Source: a virus
Direction: 5' to 3' (one strand)
Virus record (IMG/VR): IMGVR_UViG_3300025012_000043
Span: 1-64,000 of that record
DNA: 64,000 bases
Below are positions 31,601 through 37,074 of this stretch, one piece after another. The position numbers were made by a program, and so were the translations under genes. Every line of letters starts with the position of its first letter. Position 1 is the first letter of the stretch. The notes beneath the pieces were generated by a model that worked only from the letters and a program-made list of their open reading frames with translations, did not search any database and had not been told where the DNA came from.

Positions 31601-33961
31601 CGCATCAATAGTTTCCGATGAAGCGCCTTTAAAATATGCTAAATCTAACTTCATAAAGGTACTTAAATCTTTAGCATTGTCTCTTGTTATATTAATATCT
31701 ATATCACTCAACCCCAATGAATATAGGATATTATTTAACGTAGTATTATTAGTAGCAACTTCTTGTATTATTAATTTACTAATATTCTTAATAAATTTAC
31801 TTCTTTGTATAATAAACTCGGTACCCTTATCTCCCGAGTTTAGATTTTTAAAAAGTTTCTTATCTATATTGGTGAATGCTCTTGCAGCCCTTCCTTTAAA
31901 TACTCTAACTAATTTTTGTGAATCATCAATTTCTGATAACATACCAGAAGTAGATACCATATTAATAGCATCTTGCTCATGTTTAAACCAATCGATCCTT
32001 GGACTAAAATGCGGGACCACCCACGTATAATCTCTTATTAATCTATTAAATTCGGCCCATGCATCAATACTAGACACAAACCTGGCTGAACCATCAGCCC
32101 TTTTAATACTTTGCCAATCAATGATTTTATCAAATTCGTCTTGTGATAATATGGCAGTTCTTATAGAAGTAATCAAACTTTCTTTGTATGGTGCCGTCCT
32201 TAAATCTACTCCCTGTCCACTAATCTTAAATTTCTTAACTATTTCCTCTATAGTAACTGGATCCTTTGGCCGCACATGGAGATTGATCCATTCCTCGGCA
32301 CTAGTATTAATTACACTAGGGTCCGCAACAACATTAAATGTTTCACTTGATATGCCATATTTAATTAAAGGATCCGGCTCAACAACATCACCCATAATAC
32401 CTGGTGGTATATCAAGATTTGATGCATTGACAAATTTATTTATCTCTTCTACAGCATCCATTAATATAGGCAATTGTCTTTCATCATCTAGTGATACCAA
32501 AGAAATATCTTCAATTCCAGTATAAGCCTCTCTACGAGCCTCCCTAGATCTAATTTGTGATCGTAATATAGCATCTTGAACAATATCCCCATTAGACTGC
32601 TCGCCTGCTCGTATGGCAATGTCATTATAACTAATACCAATGATATCTGGTCTTACATTATGTTTAATAGGTGATAATCTAACATCAACGTCATCCAAAA
32701 TATCACTAGCGATTAATCTCTTCTTAATTGACTCGGCCACTACTCCAGCTTGCATATTATCATCAGTATTCATCAATTGAATAAATTTGGGTCTTTTAGT
32801 ACTACGCTGATATGATCTAACTATTGCATCACCCATATCTTCACTAGATACATATTGTGATGCTCTACTAATAAATTCTAGATCATTAATATAATAATTA
32901 GATATATTACTATATCTCGCATCTATATATAATATATCAATATCATTTTTGAAGATTTGCTCTAGTACACCACTATCTTTAACTGGTGGGATATATGCTA
33001 TTGTTTTATTGCTAGGCTTGTGTTTTAATAATATGGCAAATGAATGATCATCAACTTTAATACGTTGCATAATAAAATCTTCAACTTCTTGTGTGGCGTC
33101 ACCAGACATCAGCCCAACATTGTTGGCTAATTTGAGCGCTTCACCTAATGGTAATAGTTTACCACTACGAAATTGCGTATAGATTAGCCCACTATCTTTA
33201 TCCATCCAAACATTTACTCTTGGGTTCTGTTTAATTATTTTAGTGGCTAATCTAGAATAAGCCACATCATTATTTGGCAGAACCAAATCTGTATAATTTC
33301 TACTAACTATAGTCGCACCTACTTCATCGAGTAATGTATTTAGTTGTCCTATTAAACGGCTACGTTCTTGTTGTATTTTTTGTGGTTCTGATTTTATGCC
33401 AGCATACGGATTAACACCAACTAACATTTTTGCTGGGGCGGTTATCACTTCATTAATCTGTAAAATCTTTTTATTTACATCTTTGATTTCATTTTGTAAT
33501 TTGCTAATCCTGTTAATCTCTTCAACACTCACTACTTGATTAAACCCAGCCTCAACAGAAAAAGCATGCATACTATTATTACCAACGCCAATGGAAAATC
33601 TTTGTTTACCACTATCAACAAGAATTTGGATACCATATCTATTACCTATACCACTAACACGTAATGCCTCGGTATTTGCACCATTAACAACAGGCTTCCT
33701 AACAATAAGGTCAGCTATTCTTTTATCTGTTGCGTCTATTAACGAATCGGCAGTATACCCGAGCGCGGCACGGTCTAATTGTACTACTCCCTCTTCACCA
33801 GCTATTGTCTTGTATTCAGAACGCAAATTCTCTAACTTAAGGTCTAGCTCTTGAATACGCTCTTGGGCTTCATCACTCCCGTCATTATTTACGAGTGCTA
33901 AATAGTGATCAGTATATGCCGCAACATACCTTTTTATAAACCCATTATGAGATTCTGCCAC
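16610..33961 (-). CDS. Giant (5783 aa) MuF/SPP1 gp7-like minor head protein
   Basis: Uninterrupted 17,352-bp ORF between portal and protease; GGAGG RBS and GTG start overlapping the portal stop; MuF motif YTAINDSRTCKYC..HG..Y.......PRHPNCRC at about aa 5030-5075. Confidence 0.85.
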   Translation of the reverse strand: MAESHNGFIKRYVAAYTDHYLALVNNDGSDEAQERIQELDLKLENLRSEYKTIAGEEGVVQLDRAALGYTADSLIDATDKRIADLIVRKPVVNGANTEALRVSGIGNRYGIQILVDSGKQRFSIGVGNNSMHAFSVEAGFNQVVSVEEINRISKLQNEIKDVNKKILQINEVITAPAKMLVGVNPYAGIKSEPQKIQQERSRLIGQLNTLLDEVGATIVSRNYTDLVLPNNDVAYSRLATKIIKQNPRVNVWMDKDSGLIYTQFRSGKLLPLGEALKLANNVGLMSGDATQEVEDFIMQRIKVDDHSFAILLKHKPSNKTIAYIPPVKDSGVLEQIFKNDIDILYIDARYSNISNYYINDLEFISRASQYVSSEDMGDAIVRSYQRSTKRPKFIQLMNTDDNMQAGVVAESIKKRLIASDILDDVDVRLSPIKHNVRPDIIGISYNDIAIRAGEQSNGDIVQDAILRSQIRSREARREAYTGIEDISLVSLDDERQLPILMDAVEEINKFVNASNLDIPPGIMGDVVEPDPLIKYGISSETFNVVADPSVINTSAEEWINLHVRPKDPVTIEEIVKKFKISGQGVDLRTAPYKESLITSIRTAILSQDEFDKIIDWQSIKRADGSARFVSSIDAWAEFNRLIRDYTWVVPHFSPRIDWFKHEQDAINMVSTSGMLSEIDDSQKLVRVFKGRAARAFTNIDKKLFKNLNSGDKGTEFIIQRSKFIKNISKLIIQEVATNNTTLNNILYSLGLSDIDINITRDNAKDLSTFMKLDLAYFKGASSETIDATRKKLLYHINYKDSYGGFLDWIKNNSKSVNSAVGSYLKGNTSIKPVEEMLFLESLTNSYILDELRVELEIKFNQLTKIRDVTKLFDRSFEQGISMDRVSSLLTRLNKIDKIKSPEEYAALTKELDNVIKYFGGANNLFKDPPIYYGFDTLIGGRVASILTEIQTLQPPMLYLLHPHGPFSSAEEFGKFEYDIHRIEDLIKEDATNIRDSNKLKQLINDYFKFKVNGFTKELDELENIPGRAKYNQKLDEAVDFVMGGLGYLPTEQRRFVLLDLADVDKLKEEHFNTGASNIFSEVKIRVKDANKKLFESIGHNLVTENKTKSASNALLRKVLDDREVLVMQLSSKVEELSKLETRFAAIASNMPEDQAKDIGKIPDIIEESASALSILNMEQFKRNRLLLKNDIVDIRSKIVKLDIDKFAQFDASNPDLYADDAIGGFSIIRAGKINPDAIGEVSSVLSVLDSRNSEKARLMVVLRKIQELHEKRTSLIDITKKNKINEEIFNVISGEISLSDPHKYMDIILPSIKAEFASDGDVDRHIGMIVDAIAFRLEELDQTINKAEKAIQRLKSYSIRIDIPFKRFMRENIIDDGFRLSTDHIILSMKGEMVSTVEVISPSLITGADGAPGLPFDLMKRFGLLGDRAFLFPDRVGAMAVYKLHIPINATPAQANALITEAEIISHGTKGLDALVVEFPSKMFGGFIPDEKVYPKLYKYYALSDIERKSVIENFNLFGINSKPSIIGSGYHYDISRDGNKIRKYQTIIAKAPVDDIDDISTITKSAIDPDTQLDIYNRIRVIVDDIGTPIQKSIMKSEIDNIGIENLEKITPMISSRVNEEKRRQVGRVVKEGGDKLFEILRSKAPDGRLKGWESAEFPVVVYVDKNNNIRTMNLGFRNINGELDPYTQIILNSGKGFKPHDAKFSIIVESMENRFRIIGAEGVLPKDISFNSMIHTATELISAKTRTQYTTDMTSIDRDIQTSFYEMNKEISRIGLTNQDIEYINEAEGKLKSILTDKIQDAMGSEVIEKMAMEEYQKGIRQLYGGLVGLNREKGIEGINIKWQKYSNIKTKYLGEAGKDIYGYIPETDGIITSATKIGSAFGVSIWFDQSIPVQSISSSYIDLQIKEAYAALTKEPQKATELYAKLDALKTMRSHFVNMDSRTLIFNPSLNAIYNDFMLRQLIDIDLRYARVVDDKTLQDKVLYQIELLRNSIKREEDLASKIRAFGVINERWLWFANDNGKFIGGEELYKLRHKAVLTNIEKETLSKLEQKYGYFVTLTTTKSQLISDIDKMMLPRVDSSNLADWFKLRSNVVNIIAKEWLSNIGSSMARVLPKTTDFWNSINGSPVKFINLFATKDTINGEVENIKKKIIELKAEYNWIIGKSGISELRAEYKNIKEELDGLNRNREQIINKWTHIFSDIATSGDISANTREIIQQLNGGVPFFNPEVVTRMKYVLRIRLDELAKEKTDDANKQIIDINDVLNNFDELNKRNMVGKATSLGVDKLDQEILAARNRLVVIESNIGNIKELPRAERIDAEIIRHTDLLGTLNAELDSVVLKIKQLPSVIADDAQYIYTMKIQPNDQVERLNRILDIKKNEFSKAGGDIAGRVQTEITKLENDITIIRDIISAHEANMKVVEDRLAQNVLQYDDVKVANLAYINEQINKQTISLKDMKEQLDIEMSRPVLLRRNVSKLRNGISIAEINIKKLKDTKVKKDLYDELSKALNDLGVVQSERLYVLANAGKVLMEPKYTRRLIELQEQITALKSKVGELTGQLSVHDPFYTASMLKHDYEVLKKVFSNLVKAVKLPPKQIETIAQNNLVEIYVKKYIQVQFARKFNNAANEVDQFISDIAIGKKVSKDTVANIIAELNTKSINDFIFLNQKYNDEFKKAAELGTDVSLVIQDISKSASKLVSLTAKQKSELRVQFILKDVIDFIESQKVMVPSTKPEELGKLVPMVVDYDPGQIKGPLKDLVENLTVRYADNFDVVSVDRFKLLTLLSRNVDKGILKINITKAETKAHDLRVKLNNIIIERDAAYKVLIRENANEIKDNLKIGNLERKIKSLFRKQTELDMQLTIQEELVLVGKAFSVRSDDIVHLSKVVPFKETVLDFLHLSLAKEMLTKEWEKIDEVDQQFKIVRTTSDARRARIFKDLESDVLYRYLPQNDLGEAILGIVDGVLKSTKDYNVKTSREVATELEKYLRSAGVNINSTFKVAGWNLPRARKTLNKALLINIDSPVFTAALRQVAKKHGIILDEFAFDLSNSLLGMSGISKDHYGRNIVGALRRYMGERTYEFISALATGSIEVPFASLQRGLTQKEAEEYRNLLVREKTLAGVEFDRFNDLKRWSESVRVMPKFEYKDDMLKSYIRTYALDDGRIVIASNQVMYDPNFALIEPRFRILKVLHEKPLGGIEKYLFENYNADRKIYSNLLINPSYDSRGLVAMALRIILKDRFNIVVDAKIVDDPSAIYMQYYDKLNSISLKKLLDQTVEVTHIAKEKMKVNPDEWVKLLNETTGGVQETFLNILRAAGVDDQVLIRSDEWFKIYQKKVTEYGKVHEQVLRIKKRISKYESDIFNRINGPSPQGVQISLNPKSIVDFLTRGTIGEDIKKIAGRYEQKPILEQLLGRNKDRKLFIESLLLRAKTNIRSIGVVDGKEYTIDDIGNVATVLEEKMHGIIDILEKAGIQDSRVPDFRKLKFSEPETISKISKALDLIILNTISNAVSPSYKYKPSLYDDVLEKIAMYERKLVGIPFVSADLKIKPRIGGQPKPPIFIEDWMIRVKLSDGSTIESIKGIQEKLESLNKIYLETKDITEKRLIQVDIDRVGIVSDIIDKLKGLYNQDNVLNAMMVDSGKILRQIELYNVLSSINNDIINTGMSVDKRLARINRLNIAIKKLVGTGPYELGGYIGKLKSKLGTPHINNRIKTADKILKKLRAELNGLAKKDTPSAIRIAERSSYGGFVLHTVDELTDELKSIHSVIDDLTHSLPKLDEVHIFKRMMRPIQEKVTATNQEIIKNIDLVIDELNITIALKNNLVRTSLPNKQKYISGIIIAGIDAFDKKMKRLRGEIEEARKINDQNKVNQLLVDLNDLTERRKVIIEGRGKMFVDKYDILSTSNIDMQLSSAYRALRKAEGNKTETGLILGEIKRLQELLRTPVNIKQIDETESLNKMVALQKKLTIVGKAASPQDWAEYKELIEQLNRIGDAGLHIKMNSRQIAIFDRLGILFEQSKKMSNSEWMNEYKNEYNKLIAELDEVSDIFMGAKYINSTYHNFGLMMQRDMSIEQILHTWYKDAGGILDTEVKIEIDQILRPINDTEMSRIVHQIDKFSVELEKTNDVILQKLYGEKITTLQGRLNEASQRGFRKYQETFYVLNMQLKGGINEKGLRIKGLVAQKMEFIEKIKSLEDRLSKLDILLDAGEIEALNIDLFTARGALSTIETRIINIERALKMRVGKNTEFYTGNIQQFKNIAITLPLTDDELKYINGITTKFSISINEFLPKLWDKFKDNVRLRPSVEHMYALMHANNISAIDAMQAIVDEMSILNSYSIPNGEQMAGDIMARYRIEVGYFDSGDIKIPISMDRDSAVSKLMEAIKDHKKKLDALPAGFVEMSDQQIQSMREYLDRLHIPEVTKAKRDVYNDVLSELVQKGYDSSKPNAEADKVRILKTITADRRNMFLNAEREIKRNIVKNSLGEEVKALMKDIKIQTDLAHIRARIAKYRAEVMLIENMVYYNQSDALTKEVIKLTNAKGLLGAYKRAVDVVEKVGKDIRIPNRVQKISMNVNLVKELANTYERMIYTTNLSGNGVPISELVSKFNEGVDITALTEDRMRILRKISKDIANKVSKETNILLDFKDDNVFKEAYKLMSKDGGIPLYKYIGIADITKDSGGQFVPIINGVIDPTQSLSKLSDISWRDPFKGYISDAPTEVQLLEEYLKASFIYADNITIRDTLGKIVETTMEDKIDRIINVMRERIPNEWQLNALNKAFGAVVATGVITNKIVKEAVVRIDKVQGSINGFMRSLLNGVSEDSIKELYTHAATAKSYYKKGAKFVKYFGGRGDIGSLLRKLAINTAIKQGTTLANTAEMIFGEETRRTLSGIKNIVNAASSGAYLLSARATTDSLNQIAAVAQPLPWDMTGPQFMAMWDKIEREGDNWQNTIFDKRADTVLNRLLGRVNKAGNDMNRKMAQGVMPSLAVGGAVNEVRGAYARAADDLEGMISDAGYTAFNQSAMSNYIDNADQIRYFEYTAINDSRTCKYCRATHGILYKPEEPRPQLPRHPNCRCTYRPWFKSISSAAEELEQVPRKPRVPIGAKFDIGPDDFAGFGDGLSKLIKPIKPDGTISDEDWIMWFNKQPFDIRQMMVGDEHDLANSLGVFGVDAPIDKKALIVSASKNVGKVFAKDMATNSVRQLMFNTFTNSEVYSSLFDIWNSPKKAMTTISSLAWKRLMFGPGGIIKNSVTEAFNRSVNGLIPIDPNEAGPLQALINRVASTKTFNKASFWWNMLGGKFINNKLITKLSGMAEEERAVWGKVAAGDTSEAAIAEAYTKAIGMRNKKVKENSGFLQSEFMRAIDPWFNIGVEGVAPLADMSIVHRTEIFQQLAKDIITLPEDEAIAARLRPIMRNKNHISNSIFNSTSFADDGLYRIQDLVNTTVRDTEKDVLGKKEVLDIYGKLMGTQRSSAKILLTDEAFKGRLLRLPENQRTILLDLLHNPTIKSVVKKFYIDSTTSIASDLEAIRVIEITPQGMRVGIGGWPTREINNITIGPDGMMYNATKEELIGMWKKADPRVDISRFVSIDVNIGGRVVETSPTISFDKMSSKKLDDIKKRQAVIKKVSATPDKNIYEYIFTLKDKDVSLKNRGMISNALMRVQGMSPFSLPSKIDELIKTGVLKVGQGNPAGYGEKYVEAINKIEGSIKQVLANMKNELTPGDKVIGRIGEDKVSDIATSVRGNIKDILSPYGEYKFVHVPINQFVGETIDSEAFLSRIRLLAHQMYGV

Positions 33962-35997
33962 TAATCATCCTCCGATAAAAATGCCTCAACTAGCTTATGT
34001 GACATCATTAGACGAGATTCTGTAACTGGTGCACGCTTTTTGGCCCTACTTGGTCTATTTAATATATCACTCAATACCATCTGTATATTACCAGCCTCAT
34101 TATTCTGTCCAGTTGGGGTTGGCATCCCTGGCATAATACCAGCACCAGGCCCAGCGCCAATATCATCTTGAGTAGGAGCCCCAGGCATAGGATTGACCCC
34201 ACCACCCAAGGCTGGATTATTAGCCAAACTAGCCTGTTGCTGCTCCATTTGCTTCATGGCTTCAGCGGTTTCTTGGGCTACTAGCTCTTTCTCCTTCTCA
34301 TAATCAAATCCAGCAAGTTTAGCCAATGTACGCTTAGATACTATCTTCATAGCATCAAATGCCTGGAATGCCATTGCCATATCACCAAGATTTTCCGTAT
34401 CAATCCTTGGGAAATGAATTTCAACTAAATCTACTGCATCTACTTCCTCACTCATCGTAATTACGACATAATCATTCATCATACCTTCTGCCTTAGCTGG
34501 GTCACCTCCATCAATGGGCATTTCGGGGGTCGGTGGCACACCAGGCATTGGGCGTCTACCGGCTGGCATACTGGTAATGTCATTACCAGGGATTGCCGCA
34601 GCTTCCATCACATTCTTTAAATATTCTTTAACGACCTTTGTAGTCCGCTTATTAACTATCGCCATCGTATTCGTATCGTATAATTCCCCCTCTTGCGTTA
34701 ATGCTAACGATGAAATATTAAGTCTCTTTGCGACTTTAAAACTATCAGGTAATTCACCATGCTCAGTTGCTGCCCACACTACTACCCACATAATACCATA
34801 TTTAAGCGCAAACTCCCACAATTCTTGCTGAAATTCCATGGAACGCAAAAATGGGAATTTTGTCCTGCCAGAATTCTGATAGTTAGATTTCCCCCCAGTA
34901 TCCCCAAGAATATCCGGTGGTAACATAGACCCAGTAGCAGACATGTTTTTAATTTCCGACAAATCAGATTGAACATCGGACCCCTGTATATTTGGGGTCA
35001 TAAAAGCGTACACCATATCATCACCATGGACAACAGTTGTATTTGGCCGTGGCGGTGACTTATGCTTTTTGGCTTCTTCCTGTATTTGTACTTTATTGGC
35101 CCCCTTCATGGTTATATCAAGGAAAAATGTAGACCTTGCTTTATTAATACCAGTACGCATCCTAAGAATATCTTTATATTCACGCAACCATGGTAAATGA
35201 TTTGTAAGTGTGGATAATCCTCTCCTACGATTGGTAAGAAGACTATTTTTAAAATGAAATACAAATACATCAATATTTTTTTCATCCATGCCAGCAATTT
35301 CAGCATTATCTGGCAATTTTACTTCTTTCTCTAACTGTGGATGCTGAATACAATCAATACTCTTATACCATATATCTTTCATTTCACTATTAATACTCAC
35401 ACCCTTGGCACCAGTTGCCTTAACATACTGGCGTCTGAAATAAACTGGTACGGCAACATCATCTGGATCAAATAAAATTTCCACAATTTCCTGAGGCTCA
35501 ATGTCTCGTAATGTAACCTTACCACTCTGTTTATCAACAAACAGCGCAAAGAATACTTCGCCATCAATATTATATCTATTGATATACATAGGGAAATGAT
35601 AAGGTATTTTATTGCGAGTTGATGTCCAAAATTCATCAATCACCTTTTGAATTTCTGGGATCTGCGATGTCACCCTTAGTCCCTTACCAGCCACAAATAC
35701 GGTCTTATAAAAAATCTCGCGAGCAGCAATTGGATTGGTCATTACGGCTGACCAAGCCATCTTACTTAATTCTTTGTGTGTATCAGATGTAAAGTCTCTT
35801 ATGGAATCATTGGAAGTGCCAATACTACGCCATCCAGCGTTCTCAGATTCCAATTCATTTAACATGCTAATCATAGTAGACTCATACAACTCTTTAGCCG
35901 CACCAACTGTGCGTTCTAAATGATCAACTGCTATCTCGGTATCTAATAATGACTCTTCTAGCTTTGTAACCCCAAACATTCTATTAAATATACCCAT
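33961..35997 (-). CDS. Portal protein
   Basis: Follows the terminase; NPIA, IDGEVF, I.P.EI.EI..DPDD, RRGLS.L, G.LP..ILGD...NY; Pro/Gly/Met-rich insert and tail. Confidence 0.85.
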   Translation of the reverse strand: MGIFNRMFGVTKLEESLLDTEIAVDHLERTVGAAKELYESTMISMLNELESENAGWRSIGTSNDSIRDFTSDTHKELSKMAWSAVMTNPIAAREIFYKTVFVAGKGLRVTSQIPEIQKVIDEFWTSTRNKIPYHFPMYINRYNIDGEVFFALFVDKQSGKVTLRDIEPQEIVEILFDPDDVAVPVYFRRQYVKATGAKGVSINSEMKDIWYKSIDCIQHPQLEKEVKLPDNAEIAGMDEKNIDVFVFHFKNSLLTNRRRGLSTLTNHLPWLREYKDILRMRTGINKARSTFFLDITMKGANKVQIQEEAKKHKSPPRPNTTVVHGDDMVYAFMTPNIQGSDVQSDLSEIKNMSATGSMLPPDILGDTGGKSNYQNSGRTKFPFLRSMEFQQELWEFALKYGIMWVVVWAATEHGELPDSFKVAKRLNISSLALTQEGELYDTNTMAIVNKRTTKVVKEYLKNVMEAAAIPGNDITSMPAGRRPMPGVPPTPEMPIDGGDPAKAEGMMNDYVVITMSEEVDAVDLVEIHFPRIDTENLGDMAMAFQAFDAMKIVSKRTLAKLAGFDYEKEKELVAQETAEAMKQMEQQQASLANNPALGGGVNPMPGAPTQDDIGAGPGAGIMPGMPTPTGQNNEAGNIQMVLSDILNRPSRAKKRAPVTESRLMMSHKLVEAFLSEDD

Positions 35998-36008
35998 TTA
36001 ATTACCCC

Positions 36009-36290
36009 TTAGACCGAAATATGACTATCAATATAGCATTTTCTATGATACTTTTGCGTCTCCCATTGATGATCTGGTGTATGAACATCACGTTGAATAA
36101 CTTTATTACAGTGTTGGCACATTTTAGTATCTGCAACACGTGCAGTATAAATAGCAGCATTCTTACGGCCACGGTTACGACGCATAATCCTTGCGCGTTT
36201 ACATCGACGGCCACAATAAACGGCGTTTTCATATACTGGGAAAAATGGCTTACTACAATTCTCATTAGCACAGATACGTTCTTCAGACAT
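36009..36290 (-). CDS. Small Zn-finger protein
   Basis: CANENC..F......YC...C and CQHC...YH..C. Confidence 0.65.
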   Translation of the reverse strand: MSEERICANENCSKPFFPVYENAVYCGRRCKRARIMRRNRGRKNAAIYTARVADTKMCQHCNKVIQRDVHTPDHQWETQKYHRKCYIDSHISV

Positions 36291-37074
36291 TAGATTTCTC
36301 CTTTTCTTTATTATATCTAATTTCTTTACGTCGAACTACTTCTTTACGTATATTATGATTCCAGCATAGATCCTGAAAACCAGGCGGGTAATTATTTTCA
36401 ATAATCCAAAGATACACACTTTTCTTTAGTTTCTTTCTATGTTCCGCACCATCATCATTAATGTGGTCTAAGGTTAGCATATCTAAATCCATAACCAAAC
36501 AATCTGGATATGCACATTGAGGATGATCAAATAACGAATAATGAGTTAAAATATCTATTTTAATCTTACGTTTACATTTGTCTTTTAATGCTTTTTTAAG
36601 ATTATGATTCCAACACAAATCCTGGAACCCTAATGGGTAATCATTTTCAATAATCCACTCATAAAGATGTCTACCAATTTTCTCTCTGTGTTTATTGCCC
36701 CCACCATTAATATGATCTAATGTAAGCATATCAAGGTCGGTTATACCACATCCTGAGACAGCACATATTGGATACTCACATATAGAATAATGAGCCAAGA
36801 CTAAAAGTTTGCGATTTTGCCGTTTTATACGTGATTTTTGCGAACGTGTCTTCTTATTTTTTGTATGTCTTATTCGATCACGTATTTTATTTTTTTCTTT
36901 GTCTCTTATACGTCTATTCTTTTCATATTTTAAAACTTCTTCAATATTTTCTTGCCGTCGCTGTTTACGAATAGCCAATATTTTAATAGCATGTTTGTGA
37001 TATGATTTCCTATTCCATTCATTAACTTTGTCTGGGTTCGCTTCTCGCCATTTACGATTTGCTGGTGTTATCAA
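36283..37074 (-). CDS. HNH-like endonuclease with tandem duplicated nuclease domain
   Basis: Two copies of C...C..DLDMLTLDHIN..G..HR....Y.WIIEN.YP.GFQDLCWNHN after a basic N-terminus. Confidence 0.75.
   Translation of the reverse strand: MITPANRKWREANPDKVNEWNRKSYHKHAIKILAIRKQRRQENIEEVLKYEKNRRIRDKEKNKIRDRIRHTKNKKTRSQKSRIKRQNRKLLVLAHYSICEYPICAVSGCGITDLDMLTLDHINGGGNKHREKIGRHLYEWIIENDYPLGFQDLCWNHNLKKALKDKCKRKIKIDILTHYSLFDHPQCAYPDCLVMDLDMLTLDHINDDGAEHRKKLKKSVYLWIIENNYPPGFQDLCWNHNIRKEVVRRKEIRYNKEKEKSNV
36352..36795. repeat. Imperfect intragenic duplication, 249-bp offset
   Basis: attatgattcca...ttttcaataatcca at 36352 and at 36601. Confidence 0.8.

Noticed and set aside
16764-33854. Many long plus-strand ORFs (up to 322 aa) opposite the giant gene and elsewhere
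   Set aside because: Antisense shadows rich in S/L/I/F with no motifs or RBS; expected from the codon bias of the minus-strand genes
16610-33961. Giant protein as virion RNA polymerase, DarB-like methylase/helicase or tape measure
   Set aside because: No DxDGD, NPPY/DPPY or DExH motifs and no tape-measure repeats recognised; position and the HPNCRC motif indicate MuF. Remote homology cannot be excluded without profile searches
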